Source: Candidatus Harrisonbacteria bacterium
GTDB lineage: Bacteria; Patescibacteriota; Minisyncoccia; UBA6257; WO2-44-18
Length of the DNA stretch: 64,000 nucleotides
Reading direction: 5' to 3'
Assembly (NCBI GenBank): GCA_016182295.1
Contig: JACOXP010000005.1
Span: forward strand, 4,926 to 68,925
Part shown: one piece after another, positions 17,905 through 28,038 of the stretch
Position numbering within the stretch: position 1 is the first letter of the stretch
How the letters are laid out: every line of letters starts with the position of its first letter
Notes under the pieces: generated by a model
Databases searched by the model: none
Told to the model about the DNA's origin: nothing
Seen by the model: only the letters and a program-made list of their open reading frames with translations
Translations under genes and position numbers: made by a program

Positions 17905-18813
17905 CTAAATTTTAAGGTAACGGCGGACGGCGATTGTCGCCGAAATCGAACCCAGAAGTATTCCGAAAGCGAGGTTATAGGTTAGAAATTGAGGCCAGCG
18001 ATCAAAGAAATAGGCCGTCAGAGAAAGCTCCGGAATGAAAACATCCGCGTACGGAGCCGCCAGTATTATAATCGGACTGGCAATCAACAAACTGATGACG
18101 CCTCCAAGTAAGCCATAAATGATTCCCGCCACCACGTAAGGCCCGTGTATGAATTTATTGGCCGCTCCCACTAAACGCATAATTCCTATTTCTTCGCGGT
18201 TTGAGTAAATAACCAGCCGAATCGTGTTGAAAGTTACCAAAATCGCCACCAGGGAAAGAAATATGGTTACCGCGAGACCGGTGTTGCGAATGGTGTCTAT
18301 AATGCGCGCCAAGCGCTCGATAGCCAAACGTGTCTGGGTATAATTTACTTTATCAATAATGTCAGAGAGATTTTCAGTGGTTAAGTATTCAGCAATGTTG
18401 GCATATTGGTCGGGATTTCGAGCTTTGATATTAAGCGAAGCAAGCAGCGGATTTGATTGAAGCTCTTCCAACGCTTGTTGAATAGTTGGATCATCTTTGT
18501 GCTGATCTTTGAAAATCGAAAGCGCTTTATCCTGCGAAACATATTCTATCGCTTTTACCTCCGGTAATTTTTCCATCACGCGCGCCAATTCAAGAATTTG
18601 ATCTTCCGGCGCTTCTGATTTGAAATACACGCTGATGTCTATTTTGTCTTGGAGCGAAGCGGTCGCCGTGTTAGCAGCGACTCCGAAAACCAAAAGGCCA
18701 TTGAACACCAACAGCGCCAACACCAAAACAGATATCGTTGTAGCCGAAAGAAGCGCGTTGCGAGAGAAATTTTGAAAACCGAATTTTAATATTCTAAAGA
18801 ATGTAGTGGCCAT
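17905..18813 (-). CDS. ftsX: Cell division permease FtsX
   Basis: 302 aa; four TM segments with a large periplasmic loop; directly downstream of ftsE. Confidence 0.8.
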   Translation of the reverse strand: MATTFFRILKFGFQNFSRNALLSATTISVLVLALLVFNGLLVFGVAANTATASLQDKIDISVYFKSEAPEDQILELARVMEKLPEVKAIEYVSQDKALSIFKDQHKDDPTIQQALEELQSNPLLASLNIKARNPDQYANIAEYLTTENLSDIIDKVNYTQTRLAIERLARIIDTIRNTGLAVTIFLSLVAILVTFNTIRLVIYSNREEIGIMRLVGAANKFIHGPYVVAGIIYGLLGGVISLLIASPIIILAAPYADVFIPELSLTAYFFDRWPQFLTYNLAFGILLGSISATIAVRRYLKI

Positions 18814-19474
18814 GTTCCGCGTCGTTTATTAGTTTACCACCTTTAAGGGTGACAACACGACGTTTTAATTTATTGACTATGTCTCGACTGTGGGTGGCTA
18901 AGATTACCGTGGCGCCGAGTTCCTCGTTAATTTTTAAAAGTAAATTAATAATATCTTCAGCGTTTTCATGATCCAAGTTGCCGGTTGGTTCGTCGGCCAC
19001 AACGACCGATGGTCTGTGAATCATCGCTCTGGCAATCGCGACCCGTTGTTTCATTCCGCCGGAAAGTTCGTGGGGAAAATAACTTTGATTATCCGCCAAA
19101 CCAACCAAATCGAGCATTTGCGGGACCAGCTCTTCAATTTCCCACTGCGCTCGCCCCTCAACTTCCAAAGCAAAAGCGACATTTTCGTAAGAAGTTTTAG
19201 TGGGCAGTAATTTAAAATCTTGGAAGACCACCCCGACTTTTTTTCTTAAAGCGGGCATTTCTTCGGGTTCTAGTTTATTAACTTCATAGGGACCAAAAAT
19301 CACCCTGCCTTTCTGCGGCCGATCCTCGCCTATTAAAAGCTTAACGATGGTTGACTTCCCCGCTCCGGAAGGGCCGGTGAGAGAAACAAATTCGCCCGGC
19401 GAGATTTTAAAGCTTACGTTTTCAAGGACGGGTTTACCGTTATAAGACTTAGTGACGTTGTGAAAAGCTATCAC
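18794..19474 (-). CDS. ftsE: Cell division ATP-binding protein FtsE
   Basis: Walker A GPSGAGKST, ABC signature LSGGMKQR, Walker B VVVADEPTGNLD. Confidence 0.9.
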   Translation of the reverse strand: MIAFHNVTKSYNGKPVLENVSFKISPGEFVSLTGPSGAGKSTIVKLLIGEDRPQKGRVIFGPYEVNKLEPEEMPALRKKVGVVFQDFKLLPTKTSYENVAFALEVEGRAQWEIEELVPQMLDLVGLADNQSYFPHELSGGMKQRVAIARAMIHRPSVVVADEPTGNLDHENAEDIINLLLKINEELGATVILATHSRDIVNKLKRRVVTLKGGKLINDAEHGHYIL

Positions 19475-19522
19475 GGCAATGAGTAAATGTTATCTTTTCC
19501 AATTGAAGGCACGACCTTGCCA

Positions 19523-20248
19523 TTATAATTGTAACTCGGCTTCGATGAATTTGTCTAAATCCCCTTCTAAAACCTTGTCCGGCTGGCTGGATTCCGCGCC
19601 CGTCCGATGATCTTTAACTTTTTTGTAAGGGTTGAGGACGTAAGAACGAATTTGACTTCCCCATTCCGGCTTAACTTTGGTTCGAAGCTCGGAAAGCTCT
19701 TTTTTCTGACCGGCAATCATCAGAGTTTTTAATTTTGATTTTAAAAGTGACATAGCTTTTTCTTTATTTTGCGGTTGGGAACGCTCTGACTGAGAAGCGG
19801 CGGCTATACCTGTCGGCAAATGGACAATTCTTACGGCAGTTTCCCTTTTATTTACATTTTGTCCGCCCGGACCGCTGGATCTAGAGGTCTCAATTTTTAA
19901 ATCCTCCGGCGGAATTACCACATCCCTATGTTCGATGTCCTGAAAAATTGGCACAACCTCAACGAGCGCAAAAGAAGTATGACGCAATTTTTTGGCCGAA
20001 AAAGGAGAAATTCTGACTAAGCGGTGCACCCCCATTTCATTTTTGAGAGTTCCGTAAGTAAAATCGCCGCGAATTTCCATTCCGCGATCTTCGGTCGCCA
20101 CCACTTTCCAGCCGCGTTTTTGAACGTATTTAAAATACATTCTAAAAAGCATATTCGCCCAATCTTTGGCGTCTTCGCCGCCAACACCCGCGTAAATAGT
20201 CAGGTGCGCTGGTCCTTGATCGTATTTCCCGCTTAACGCTTTAAACAT
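19523..20248 (-). CDS. prfB: Peptide chain release factor 2 homolog lacking the N-terminal domain 1
   Basis: 241 aa; SPF codon-recognition motif (RISPFSAKKLRHTSF) and GGQ motif (GPGGQNVNK). It begins at the position equivalent to about residue 120 of E. coli RF2. No upstream frame and no CTT-TGA frameshift site. Confidence 0.7.
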   Translation of the reverse strand: MFKALSGKYDQGPAHLTIYAGVGGEDAKDWANMLFRMYFKYVQKRGWKVVATEDRGMEIRGDFTYGTLKNEMGVHRLVRISPFSAKKLRHTSFALVEVVPIFQDIEHRDVVIPPEDLKIETSRSSGPGGQNVNKRETAVRIVHLPTGIAAASQSERSQPQNKEKAMSLLKSKLKTLMIAGQKKELSELRTKVKPEWGSQIRSYVLNPYKKVKDHRTGAESSQPDKVLEGDLDKFIEAELQL

Positions 20249-20720
20249 ATTTTTTATAGATTATATCGTCCCCGGCGTTTTTGCCATATAAATCGTCCTT
20301 TCCGGAAATTTGATAATGATTTTTAGTCAAGAAATAACGAATCGATAAATTCTTTGATTTAGCGTCGCATAAAATAAACTTTGACCGAAATTCTCTAACG
20401 CCTTCCGTTTCCGAATTACGCAAAAGGAAACTTGCTATATAGCGGCCCCGTTTATCGGGCCGTACGGTAAGATTTTTAATTTCCAAAGCGTCCGGATGCC
20501 GCTTATGTTTTTGATAAATCGTTACGCCGACGATTTCTTTATTTTCAACAGCGACTAAGGCGCGTTTGGATTCTTTTTTTAATTCCGTATGGACTTTTTG
20601 CGCCCAATCAAAAAAATCAGGATAATCATTCTGGGGAATCCAAAGCCGCGGACCCAAAAGATAACTGATGACCTCATCTATTTTTGAAGCAGGATAATCA
20701 TTTGTGAAGACGAAATTCAT
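20241..20720 (-). CDS. GNAT family N-acetyltransferase
   Basis: Motif A-like VRPDKRGRYIASFLL. Start taken at the ATG (MNFVFT...) rather than the upstream GTG, which would overlap tRNA-Thr. Confidence 0.5.
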   Translation of the reverse strand: MNFVFTNDYPASKIDEVISYLLGPRLWIPQNDYPDFFDWAQKVHTELKKESKRALVAVENKEIVGVTIYQKHKRHPDALEIKNLTVRPDKRGRYIASFLLRNSETEGVREFRSKFILCDAKSKNLSIRYFLTKNHYQISGKDDLYGKNAGDDIIYKKYV

Positions 20721-20723
20721 TTG

Positions 20724-20795
20724 AGCCACCTCTCGGATTTGAACCGAGGACCTTTCCCTTACGAAGGGACTGCTCTGCCGCTGAGCTAAGGTGGC
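20724..20795 (-). tRNA. tRNA-Thr (anticodon CGT)
   Basis: Minus strand gccacct...aggtggc acceptor, D-arm gctc/gagc, anticodon loop ttCGTaa, T-arm ctcgg-ttcaaat-ccgag. Confidence 0.8.
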
Positions 20796-20839
20796 AACGC
20801 ATTATATTTTGCCAGGTTTTGAAGTAATTTGCAAAAAGT

Positions 20840-20910
20840 TTTATCTCGGAGCGGGCGAGGAGAATCGAACTCCCGTCCGTTGCTTGGGAAGCAACCGTAC
20901 TACCACTGTA
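20840..20910 (-). tRNA. tRNA-Gly (anticodon CCC)
   Basis: Minus strand gcgggcg/cgcccgc acceptor, anticodon stem gttgc/gcaac with loop ttCCCaa, T-arm gggag-ttcgatt-ctcct. Confidence 0.85.
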
Positions 20911-20921
20911 CTACGCCCGCA

Positions 20922-21497
20922 TTAGTCAGAGCTTAGCTTACCTTTATTCCAATTAAATTCCGGCGTCAAGAGAATAACAGAAGCGTTTTTTGCTGTTTCC
21001 GCAAGCCATTCTTCCAAAATTTTTCCCTCGGAAGAAAACTGATTTTCTAAAATTTCCCGTTCCGCCCTAGGCACTAGAATTAATTTTTCGAATTCGGCCA
21101 ACTCCAAACCATAAAGCAGTTTAGCCGCTTCCTCAATTTTTGATAAATCCCCGCTGTTATTTAAACGTTCTTGAATTAAAACCGAAAGCTGTCCGCCAAT
21201 TTGTTTATTTAATTCTTGTCGTATGAGGGTTTTTTCAATAATGTCCTGCAGGGAAGCCCGCCTCAACTCCTTTTTGAAGTTATTGCTTTTCACGTTGATT
21301 CCGTTTTGCTCAGCTAAAATACGCGAATAGTATTGATAAGCCACGATAAATTCGCGATCCAAAGACCGGGCGATGATAATTTGAGAATTTACAATCGCCA
21401 CCGGGTAGTATCCCGATCGAACCACAAAATAACTTGCGAGACCGACAAAAATTAAAGCTAGAAAACCGATAACAAATTTGTTTAGCTGATCTTTCAT
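20922..21497 (-). CDS. Membrane-anchored hypothetical protein (SurA N-terminal domain-like chaperone)
   Basis: 191 aa; N-terminal TM then helical domain; weak resemblance to SurA_N/PpiD-like proteins. Confidence 0.3.
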   Translation of the reverse strand: MKDQLNKFVIGFLALIFVGLASYFVVRSGYYPVAIVNSQIIIARSLDREFIVAYQYYSRILAEQNGINVKSNNFKKELRRASLQDIIEKTLIRQELNKQIGGQLSVLIQERLNNSGDLSKIEEAAKLLYGLELAEFEKLILVPRAEREILENQFSSEGKILEEWLAETAKNASVILLTPEFNWNKGKLSSD

Positions 21498-21503
21498 AAT
21501 GGG

Positions 21504-21761
21504 TTATTGAATTTTAATAAGAGTTTCGCCGGGACGTTTATAGTCGAATTTTGATTTTAATTCCTTTTCCAGATTTTCCGGAACGGAATAATATTCCAGA
21601 TCATCTTTAAGTTGTTGATTTTCGGTCCGCAGGGCCCCCAGTTCATTTTTGGCGTTTTCTAAAATATCCGCCAGAGACAAGTTATTCATATAAGTGCGAA
21701 CTAACTGAACGCTTAAAAAACCGAAAATCACCATTACCGCCAACCAGACAATCCACCGCAT
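21504..21761 (-). CDS. Septum formation initiator (FtsB/DivIC-like)
   Basis: 85 aa; single TM followed by a coiled coil (LRTENQQLKDDLEYY). Confidence 0.45.
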   Translation of the reverse strand: MRWIVWLAVMVIFGFLSVQLVRTYMNNLSLADILENAKNELGALRTENQQLKDDLEYYSVPENLEKELKSKFDYKRPGETLIKIQ

Positions 21762-21773
21762 AATTTTATTCTA

Positions 21774-23549
21774 CTACTTCTTTAATAATTCCTTAAATAC
21801 GTGAGCGGGAATTTTAATTTGCGATTTTTCCGCCATTGCTTTAAGTTTTTTCTTGCCTTTTTGCTGTTTTTTCCAAAGCTTCATTTTTCGAGTGCGGTCT
21901 CCGCCGTAAAGATAGCCGGTTACGTCCTTTTTGAGCGCCGGGACGTTTTCGCGAGCAATAATTCGCCCGCCGGCGGTTACTTGAATCGCCTGCATAAATT
22001 GCTGGCGGGGCAAGAGATTTTTCAATGTTTCAGCGGTGAATCGTGCTTCTCGCTCAATGTCTTTTTTGGGCAAAATCCTGGTTAATCCGGGCACCACTTG
22101 CCCAGCCACCACAACTTCTACTTTTGCTAGATCGGCTCGTTCATAACCGGATATTTCGTAATAGAACGAAGCAAAGCCCTGCGAAATTGATTTTAATTTA
22201 TCGTCAAAGTCCCGGATTAGATCGGCCAGCGGCAATTTCGCTCGAACCAACATCTTGTTTTTAAATGTTTCGGTTGTTAAGTCGGAAATTCTAAAAATTT
22301 CTTTAAGTTGCAAAATTCCGCCGAGATATTGAGGTGGTGTGACAATTTCTATTTTCGTAACCGGCTCTTCTACCTGGTTGTATTCGTTGGGAAAATCTTT
22401 TGGGTTAGTAATTAAGACGCCGTCAACTTTGTAAGCCACTGATGGGAAGCTATGAACAGTAGATATTTGGAATTCCTTTTCCAGCCGTTCCGCGGTGATC
22501 TCAAAATGGAGCCTTCCCAGAAATCCACCCTTAAATCCTCTACCCAAAACTTCGCTGGAATCCGCTTCGAAGGTTAGCGCCGAGTCAGTCAATTTTAATT
22601 TTCCAAGCGCCTGTTTGAATTCGTCGTAATTATCGGTCTCTTCCGGATAAAAAGACACGAACACAACTGGTTTTGGTTCCTGATACCCCGGCAAGGCTTT
22701 CTCTTTTGAGTTTTGGAGAATGAGGGTGTCCCCGATTTTTAGCTGGTCTGGGTTTTTAATGCCGGTAGCGATATAGCCGATCATTCCTTCGCCGATTTCT
22801 TGGCAAGTTTTAAAAGCCGGAGCGAAATAACCAATTTCTTTTGCCTTTGCTCTGGCTTCAGTAGCGAGAAAACCGACATCGTCATTAGTTTTAAAACTTC
22901 CGTTGAAAACACGGATAAAAGCGATAATGCCCTTATGTTCGTCGTACAAGGAATCAAAAACAAGCGCGCGGGAATGATTCTTGATCGGTGAACCGTAATT
23001 GAGATTTTTCGGAGGAGGAATTTCGCGAACAATTGTTTCTAAAAGTTCGGGGACTCCATCGCCGGTTTTTCCGGAAACCTTCAATATTTTTTCAGGTTCG
23101 ATGTTTAATAATTCGGCTAAATCGCCGATGCTATTTTCTATTTGCTCGGGAGCGGCGACATCAATTTTATTAACGGCCCCGATAATCTTCAGCCCTGATT
23201 TTTTCGCGGATTCAAAATTCGCGAGCGTTTGCGCTTGAATGCCTTGGGTTGCGTCAACGAGCAGTACCGCGCCTTCAACAGCCGCCAGCGCTCGCGAGAC
23301 CTCGTAGGCAAAATCCGAGTGGCCCGGCGTGTCTATTAAATTTAAAATGTAGTTTTTATATTTCATTCGGACCGGGGCCATTTTAATAGTTATGCCGCGT
23401 TCTCGTTCAAGTTCCAATTGGTCAAGGTATTGCGGTTTCATCAGTCGTTTTTCGACAGTGCCAGTGCTTTCCAAAAGCCGATCGGCGAGAGTCGACTTTC
23501 CATGATCAACGTGGGCAGTTATGACGAAGTTTCTGATATTTGAGTCCAT
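21774..23549 (-). CDS. lepA: Elongation factor 4 (LepA)
   Basis: 591 aa; AHVDHGKST, DTPGHSDF and a LepA-type C-terminal domain. Confidence 0.9.
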   Translation of the reverse strand: MDSNIRNFVITAHVDHGKSTLADRLLESTGTVEKRLMKPQYLDQLELERERGITIKMAPVRMKYKNYILNLIDTPGHSDFAYEVSRALAAVEGAVLLVDATQGIQAQTLANFESAKKSGLKIIGAVNKIDVAAPEQIENSIGDLAELLNIEPEKILKVSGKTGDGVPELLETIVREIPPPKNLNYGSPIKNHSRALVFDSLYDEHKGIIAFIRVFNGSFKTNDDVGFLATEARAKAKEIGYFAPAFKTCQEIGEGMIGYIATGIKNPDQLKIGDTLILQNSKEKALPGYQEPKPVVFVSFYPEETDNYDEFKQALGKLKLTDSALTFEADSSEVLGRGFKGGFLGRLHFEITAERLEKEFQISTVHSFPSVAYKVDGVLITNPKDFPNEYNQVEEPVTKIEIVTPPQYLGGILQLKEIFRISDLTTETFKNKMLVRAKLPLADLIRDFDDKLKSISQGFASFYYEISGYERADLAKVEVVVAGQVVPGLTRILPKKDIEREARFTAETLKNLLPRQQFMQAIQVTAGGRIIARENVPALKKDVTGYLYGGDRTRKMKLWKKQQKGKKKLKAMAEKSQIKIPAHVFKELLKK

Positions 23550-23572
23550 ATTGGTATAATATAAAGTAACTT

Positions 23573-25876
23573 ATGCAAACAGGCGAGGTAAAGCTGGCTA
23601 GAACCCTTGGTTTAGGATCTATCGTATTGCTAGGCATCGGAGCTCTGTTGGGAGGCGGTATCTTTACCCTTTTGGGTCCCGCTGCCGGTCTGGCTGGTCC
23701 CGGCCTTTTTTTAGCAATGATTTTAGGCGCTGGAGTCGCCTTTTTAAACTTGCAAATGTATATCGCTTTGGGCACCACCTTTCCGGAGGCCGGCGGCGGA
23801 TATCTTTGGGTGCGTAAGGGTCTTGGAAACTTTCAAGGTTTTCTTGCTGGTTGGATGAGCTGGTTCGCTCATACCGCCGCGGCTGGATTATATGCTTTAA
23901 GTTTTGGGTTTTACGCCAAGGAAGTCGCCATTTTAATTTCTTCAGAAGTTTTATCATCCGGATTACCTTGGGAAAAAATCTTTTCCGTGGCGGTAGTTAT
24001 TTTATTTGGATACATTCATTGGCGCGGCGCCAAAACCAGCGGCATTACCGGGAATGTAATAGCTATTTTACTTTTAATAGTGCTTGGACTTTTTGTGATT
24101 TTTGGTAGTTTAAAAATGATTTCGGATCCGGTGCCAACATCAGAAAATTTCATGCCTCTTTTACCGTCCGGAATTTTAGGAATTATCGCCGCGGCCAGTT
24201 TTTTTTACATCGCTTTTGAAGGTTCGGAGATTCAAGTGCAAGCTGGCGAAGAAACCCGAAATCCCCAAAGGACAATCAAACGGGGACTTTTTTACTCTTG
24301 GGGAATAGTCAGCGCCTTGTATATCTTAATTTCTATAGTAATTATTGGCGCGACTCGCGATGGAGGCCCCGTTTACCAGGTACTTTCCGGTTGGGGTGAA
24401 GGCGCTGTTGCGCTTTCCGCCCAAACTTTTATGCCATTGGGCCGATTTATTTTAATAATCGGTGGTCTGTTTGCAAACCTAGCGGCTCTCAACGCGACCA
24501 TTTATTCTTCAAGTCGTGTTTCTTTCGCGTTAGCCAGGGATAAAAATATTTGGTCAAAATTAGCCGAGATTCATTTAAAAAATCTTACCCCGTACCTCGC
24601 TGTCATTATTTCATCGCTGTTGATAATAGCGATGGTGATTTTTTTGCCGATTTTCAGCGTCGCTAGCGTTGCCAGTTTGCTGTTCATTCTTCTTTTTATG
24701 CAGCTTAATATCGCCGGCATTCGTATTCATTACAAATGGCCGGATATCAAATGGTATTATAAAATACCGTTTTTTCCGGTCATTCCACTGGTTGCTGTTG
24801 TTATTTATGGTTTGCTTGCCCTAACAATGCTCCAAGTTAATTTTATTGCTTGGATTGTTGCTATTTTTTGGCTGCTTATCGGTTTTATTAATTATTTTGC
24901 GTATGCCGACACGGTTAGTCGTGAAGAATTTGAAACCAGTATTGTCTATGAAGAAACTGTCAGGATTGGGCCAAAAAAAGGCAAAAGAATTCTTTTGCCG
25001 CTTGCCCCGTATCTCACAGAGGAAGAAATAAAAAATTTAAGCGAAATGGCTTTTTCTCTCACGAGCAAGTTTGACGGCGAATTAGTCATAGTAAGAATTC
25101 ATGAAATTCCTCACGCTTTACCGCTGGATCAGTCAACGCTTAATCAAAAAACTATCGAGGATGAGAAAAAACTTTTTGAAAAATTGGAAGATTGGGTCAA
25201 GGAATACAACGACAAGACCGGACCGGAGATAAAAGACATAAATTTTCATAGTTTAATTTTAGTCGGTCGAGATATTGTAGATGTGATCTTAGACACTATC
25301 AAGCAAGAAGAATGCGATATGCTGATTTTAAATTGGTACGGATACACGCAAACTAAGGGAGTTATTTTGTCTAGTAAAATTGACCGAATTTTGCGGGAAT
25401 CGGAATGCGATCTTTTGGTTATTAAAGATCCCCAGCCGCCAAAATCGATACTTATCGCCGCCCACCCGTCCGCGGGTAGCCCCTATTTAGATCTTATCGG
25501 CGCTTTGGCAAACGGCATCTCCGTTTTTTATAAAGCAAAACTCAAATTATACAGCATGATTCCCGGTAATATCCCGTCATATTTCAAACCCAATCCCACT
25601 GAAATTCTCAAGGCCCTAAAACTCAAGAAAAAAGATTTTGACGAAGTTGATATCGTCGGAGGCAAATCCATTGCCACCGGCATCCTTGAAAAAGCGAAGG
25701 AAAACGACCTGATTATTATTGGTTCGGCGCGCCCGAGATTTCTTTCGGAATTTAAGTTGGGTGGAGTCGCGGAAACTTTGGCTAAACACGCTACCAGTTC
25801 TCTCCTAATTGTCAGGGGTCACGAAGGAGCCGCTGAAGCGTTTATTAAAAGAATGCTAATGAAATTGCGGCCATAA
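23573..25876 (+). CDS. APC-family amino acid permease fused to tandem universal stress protein (UspA) domains
   Basis: 767 aa; about 12 TM segments with N-terminal GSIVLLGIGALLGGGIF; C-terminal 300 aa with two Usp-like alpha/beta units. Confidence 0.7.
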   Translation: MQTGEVKLARTLGLGSIVLLGIGALLGGGIFTLLGPAAGLAGPGLFLAMILGAGVAFLNLQMYIALGTTFPEAGGGYLWVRKGLGNFQGFLAGWMSWFAHTAAAGLYALSFGFYAKEVAILISSEVLSSGLPWEKIFSVAVVILFGYIHWRGAKTSGITGNVIAILLLIVLGLFVIFGSLKMISDPVPTSENFMPLLPSGILGIIAAASFFYIAFEGSEIQVQAGEETRNPQRTIKRGLFYSWGIVSALYILISIVIIGATRDGGPVYQVLSGWGEGAVALSAQTFMPLGRFILIIGGLFANLAALNATIYSSSRVSFALARDKNIWSKLAEIHLKNLTPYLAVIISSLLIIAMVIFLPIFSVASVASLLFILLFMQLNIAGIRIHYKWPDIKWYYKIPFFPVIPLVAVVIYGLLALTMLQVNFIAWIVAIFWLLIGFINYFAYADTVSREEFETSIVYEETVRIGPKKGKRILLPLAPYLTEEEIKNLSEMAFSLTSKFDGELVIVRIHEIPHALPLDQSTLNQKTIEDEKKLFEKLEDWVKEYNDKTGPEIKDINFHSLILVGRDIVDVILDTIKQEECDMLILNWYGYTQTKGVILSSKIDRILRESECDLLVIKDPQPPKSILIAAHPSAGSPYLDLIGALANGISVFYKAKLKLYSMIPGNIPSYFKPNPTEILKALKLKKKDFDEVDIVGGKSIATGILEKAKENDLIIIGSARPRFLSEFKLGGVAETLAKHATSSLLIVRGHEGAAEAFIKRMLMKLRP

Positions 25877-26193
25877 AAAAATCGCCCCCGATTAGGAGCG
25901 ATTTTTTAACTTATTGGCCGTCGGACGTACAGACCGCGCAGTTGGTGCAGTCCATCTTGATGGGAGTCGATAAAACCCCCAGGGTTAAAGCTGTCCAGAA
26001 CCAGGCCAATGGCTCCAGTCCCAAAACGAGCTGTTTTCCAATAATTCCAATCCAAGCAAGGACTAACGATACGACAGCAACCAGCCAGAGCCCTTTCCAA
26101 AGCCAACATTTTAAGTGCCTCTTCATTAAAATAATGGATATCAATTTAACGACCTTTAGTCGATACAATAATTATAGCAAATCGGTTTCAAAA

Positions 26194-26664
26194 TTAATTC
26201 CTTTCGTCCTCGGCGTATAGAAATTCAAAATCGATTTTTTTGTATTCGAAAAGCTCTTCTCGTTTAAAAAATCTTTTAATTTCCTCCTCGGGACTTTCCG
26301 ATGGATCGGAAGCATGTACTAAATTGGCTTGCTGACTCATTCCGAAATCGCCTCTAATAGTGCCGGGGTCCGCTTCATATCCTCTGGTTTGGCCAACGAT
26401 ATAGCGCACTGTCGAGACCGCCTTAATGCCGGAAAGCGCCATAGCAATGACCGGAGAAGATGACATAAACCGTTTTAAGCCGGCAAAAAACGGCTTATCG
26501 GCGTATTTGCCATAATGTTCTTTTAAAAGTACGTCATCCAAGCGCACCATCTTCATTCCGATGATTTTCAAACCTTTGCGCTCAAATCTCGTGACAATTT
26601 CGCCTAAAAGGTTGCGCTGTAACGCGTCCGGTTTTATTAAAACTAACGTTCGTTCCTCCTTCAT
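26194..26664 (-). CDS. ndk: Nucleoside diphosphate kinase
   Basis: ERTLVLIKPDALQRNLLGEIVTRFERKGLKI; active-site His region NLVHASD. Confidence 0.9.
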   Translation of the reverse strand: MKEERTLVLIKPDALQRNLLGEIVTRFERKGLKIIGMKMVRLDDVLLKEHYGKYADKPFFAGLKRFMSSSPVIAMALSGIKAVSTVRYIVGQTRGYEADPGTIRGDFGMSQQANLVHASDPSESPEEEIKRFFKREELFEYKKIDFEFLYAEDERN

Positions 26665-28034
26665 TTAATTGATTTTATATGTAACTCTTTTAGTTGTTTT
26701 TCGTCAACTTCCGAAGGCGCCTCTGTCATAAGGTCGCGCGCGTCGCCCGTTTTTGGAAAAGCGATAACCTCTCGGATATTCGGTTCACCGAGCAAAATCG
26801 TCATTAATCTATCAAATCCAATGGCGGCGCCTCCATGCGGTGGAACACCAAATGAAAACGCTTCAATCATATGACCGAATTTTTCCATAATTTCTTTTTC
26901 TTTATAACCAAGCAGCGAAAAAGCTTTTTTTAAAAGTTCCGGTTTGTGATTACGAATACTGCCGCCGGCAATTTCAAAACCATTAAGCGCAAGATCGTAT
27001 TGATGAGCTAGTATTTCCTTCAAATCCTTTGCTTTATCGGGAAGATTCTCTTGAGGCATTGAAAAGGGGTTATGCCCAAAATCCCATTTTTTCGCTTTTT
27101 CGTCATACTCATAAAACGGGAAATCCGTTATCCAAACAAAAGCAAGCTCATTCCGATCATTTTTGTCTTTTCGCAAATCCGGTTTATCGGTTTGATATTT
27201 CTCCATAGCCTCTTTATGGGTTAAGCGCGGAAATGGGATTTTGGTAATTTTTTTCTCCGGCCAAACTTCTTTGACGAGATTAATCATCGCGCCCTCCACG
27301 AATTCCAAAACATCGTCGCGTTCAACAAAGCTCATTTCTAAATCGATTTGGGTAAATTCCGGCTGGCGATCGCCACGGGTGTCCTCGTCGCGGAAACAAC
27401 GCGCTAATTGGAAATATCGTTCGAGGCCGGCGACCATCAACAATTGTTTGTATTGCTGGGGCGCTTGCGGCAGGGCGTAAAATTTTCCCGGATACAACCG
27501 AGACGGCACTAAATAATCACGAGCGCCTTCCGGAGTGGATTTACCCAAAATCGGCGTTTCCACTTCTACGAAGTCGTGTTTTTTAAAATAAGTATTAATA
27601 AATTCTAAGGCCCGGCTTCGTGTTCGAATATTTTTCTGCATCCGAGGACGACGTAAATCGAGATAACGGTATTTCATCCTAACCTCTTCGCCGATTTCTT
27701 TCCCGTCGGTATCAACGGCAATCGGCGGCGTTTGAGATTCTGATAGCACTTCCAGTTCTTCGGCTGAAATCTCAATTTTCCCGGTTGGTAAATCAGGATT
27801 AACCATATTTTCTGGCCTCTTGGCAACTTTACCGATAATTTTGACTACCCACTCCGGCCGCAACTTGTCCCCTTCTTTTTGCATTTTTCCGGCAAATACC
27901 GCTTGAATCAAACCGGATCGATCTCGCAAGTCAATAAAAATAATTTTGCCGTGGTCTCGTCGCGCGTGCACCCACCCGCAAATTTCTATTTTTTCACCTT
28001 CTTTTTTTGCAGTTTCCGCGATTAAGGTTCGCAT
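26661..28034 (-). CDS. aspS: Class II aminoacyl-tRNA synthetase, most likely aspartyl-tRNA synthetase (compact, archaeal-like length)
   Basis: 457 aa; OB-fold N-terminus CGWVHARRDHGKIIFIDLRD; class II motif 3 GVPPHGGAAIGFDRLMTIL. AsnRS cannot be excluded. Confidence 0.65.
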   Translation of the reverse strand: MRTLIAETAKKEGEKIEICGWVHARRDHGKIIFIDLRDRSGLIQAVFAGKMQKEGDKLRPEWVVKIIGKVAKRPENMVNPDLPTGKIEISAEELEVLSESQTPPIAVDTDGKEIGEEVRMKYRYLDLRRPRMQKNIRTRSRALEFINTYFKKHDFVEVETPILGKSTPEGARDYLVPSRLYPGKFYALPQAPQQYKQLLMVAGLERYFQLARCFRDEDTRGDRQPEFTQIDLEMSFVERDDVLEFVEGAMINLVKEVWPEKKITKIPFPRLTHKEAMEKYQTDKPDLRKDKNDRNELAFVWITDFPFYEYDEKAKKWDFGHNPFSMPQENLPDKAKDLKEILAHQYDLALNGFEIAGGSIRNHKPELLKKAFSLLGYKEKEIMEKFGHMIEAFSFGVPPHGGAAIGFDRLMTILLGEPNIREVIAFPKTGDARDLMTEAPSEVDEKQLKELHIKSIK

Positions 28035-28038
28035 TAGG

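Noticed and set aside
19523-20330. Programmed +1 frameshift (CTT TGA C) site for prfB
   Set aside because: The region upstream of the RF2 start codon lacks the frameshift motif. The other minus-strand frames are closed, and the DNA is occupied by the GNAT gene.
25877-25912. Possible bidirectional terminator after the permease gene (aaaaaaatcgc...gcgatttttt)
   Set aside because: The stem is only 5-6 bp with a 12-nt loop, too weak to call confidently.
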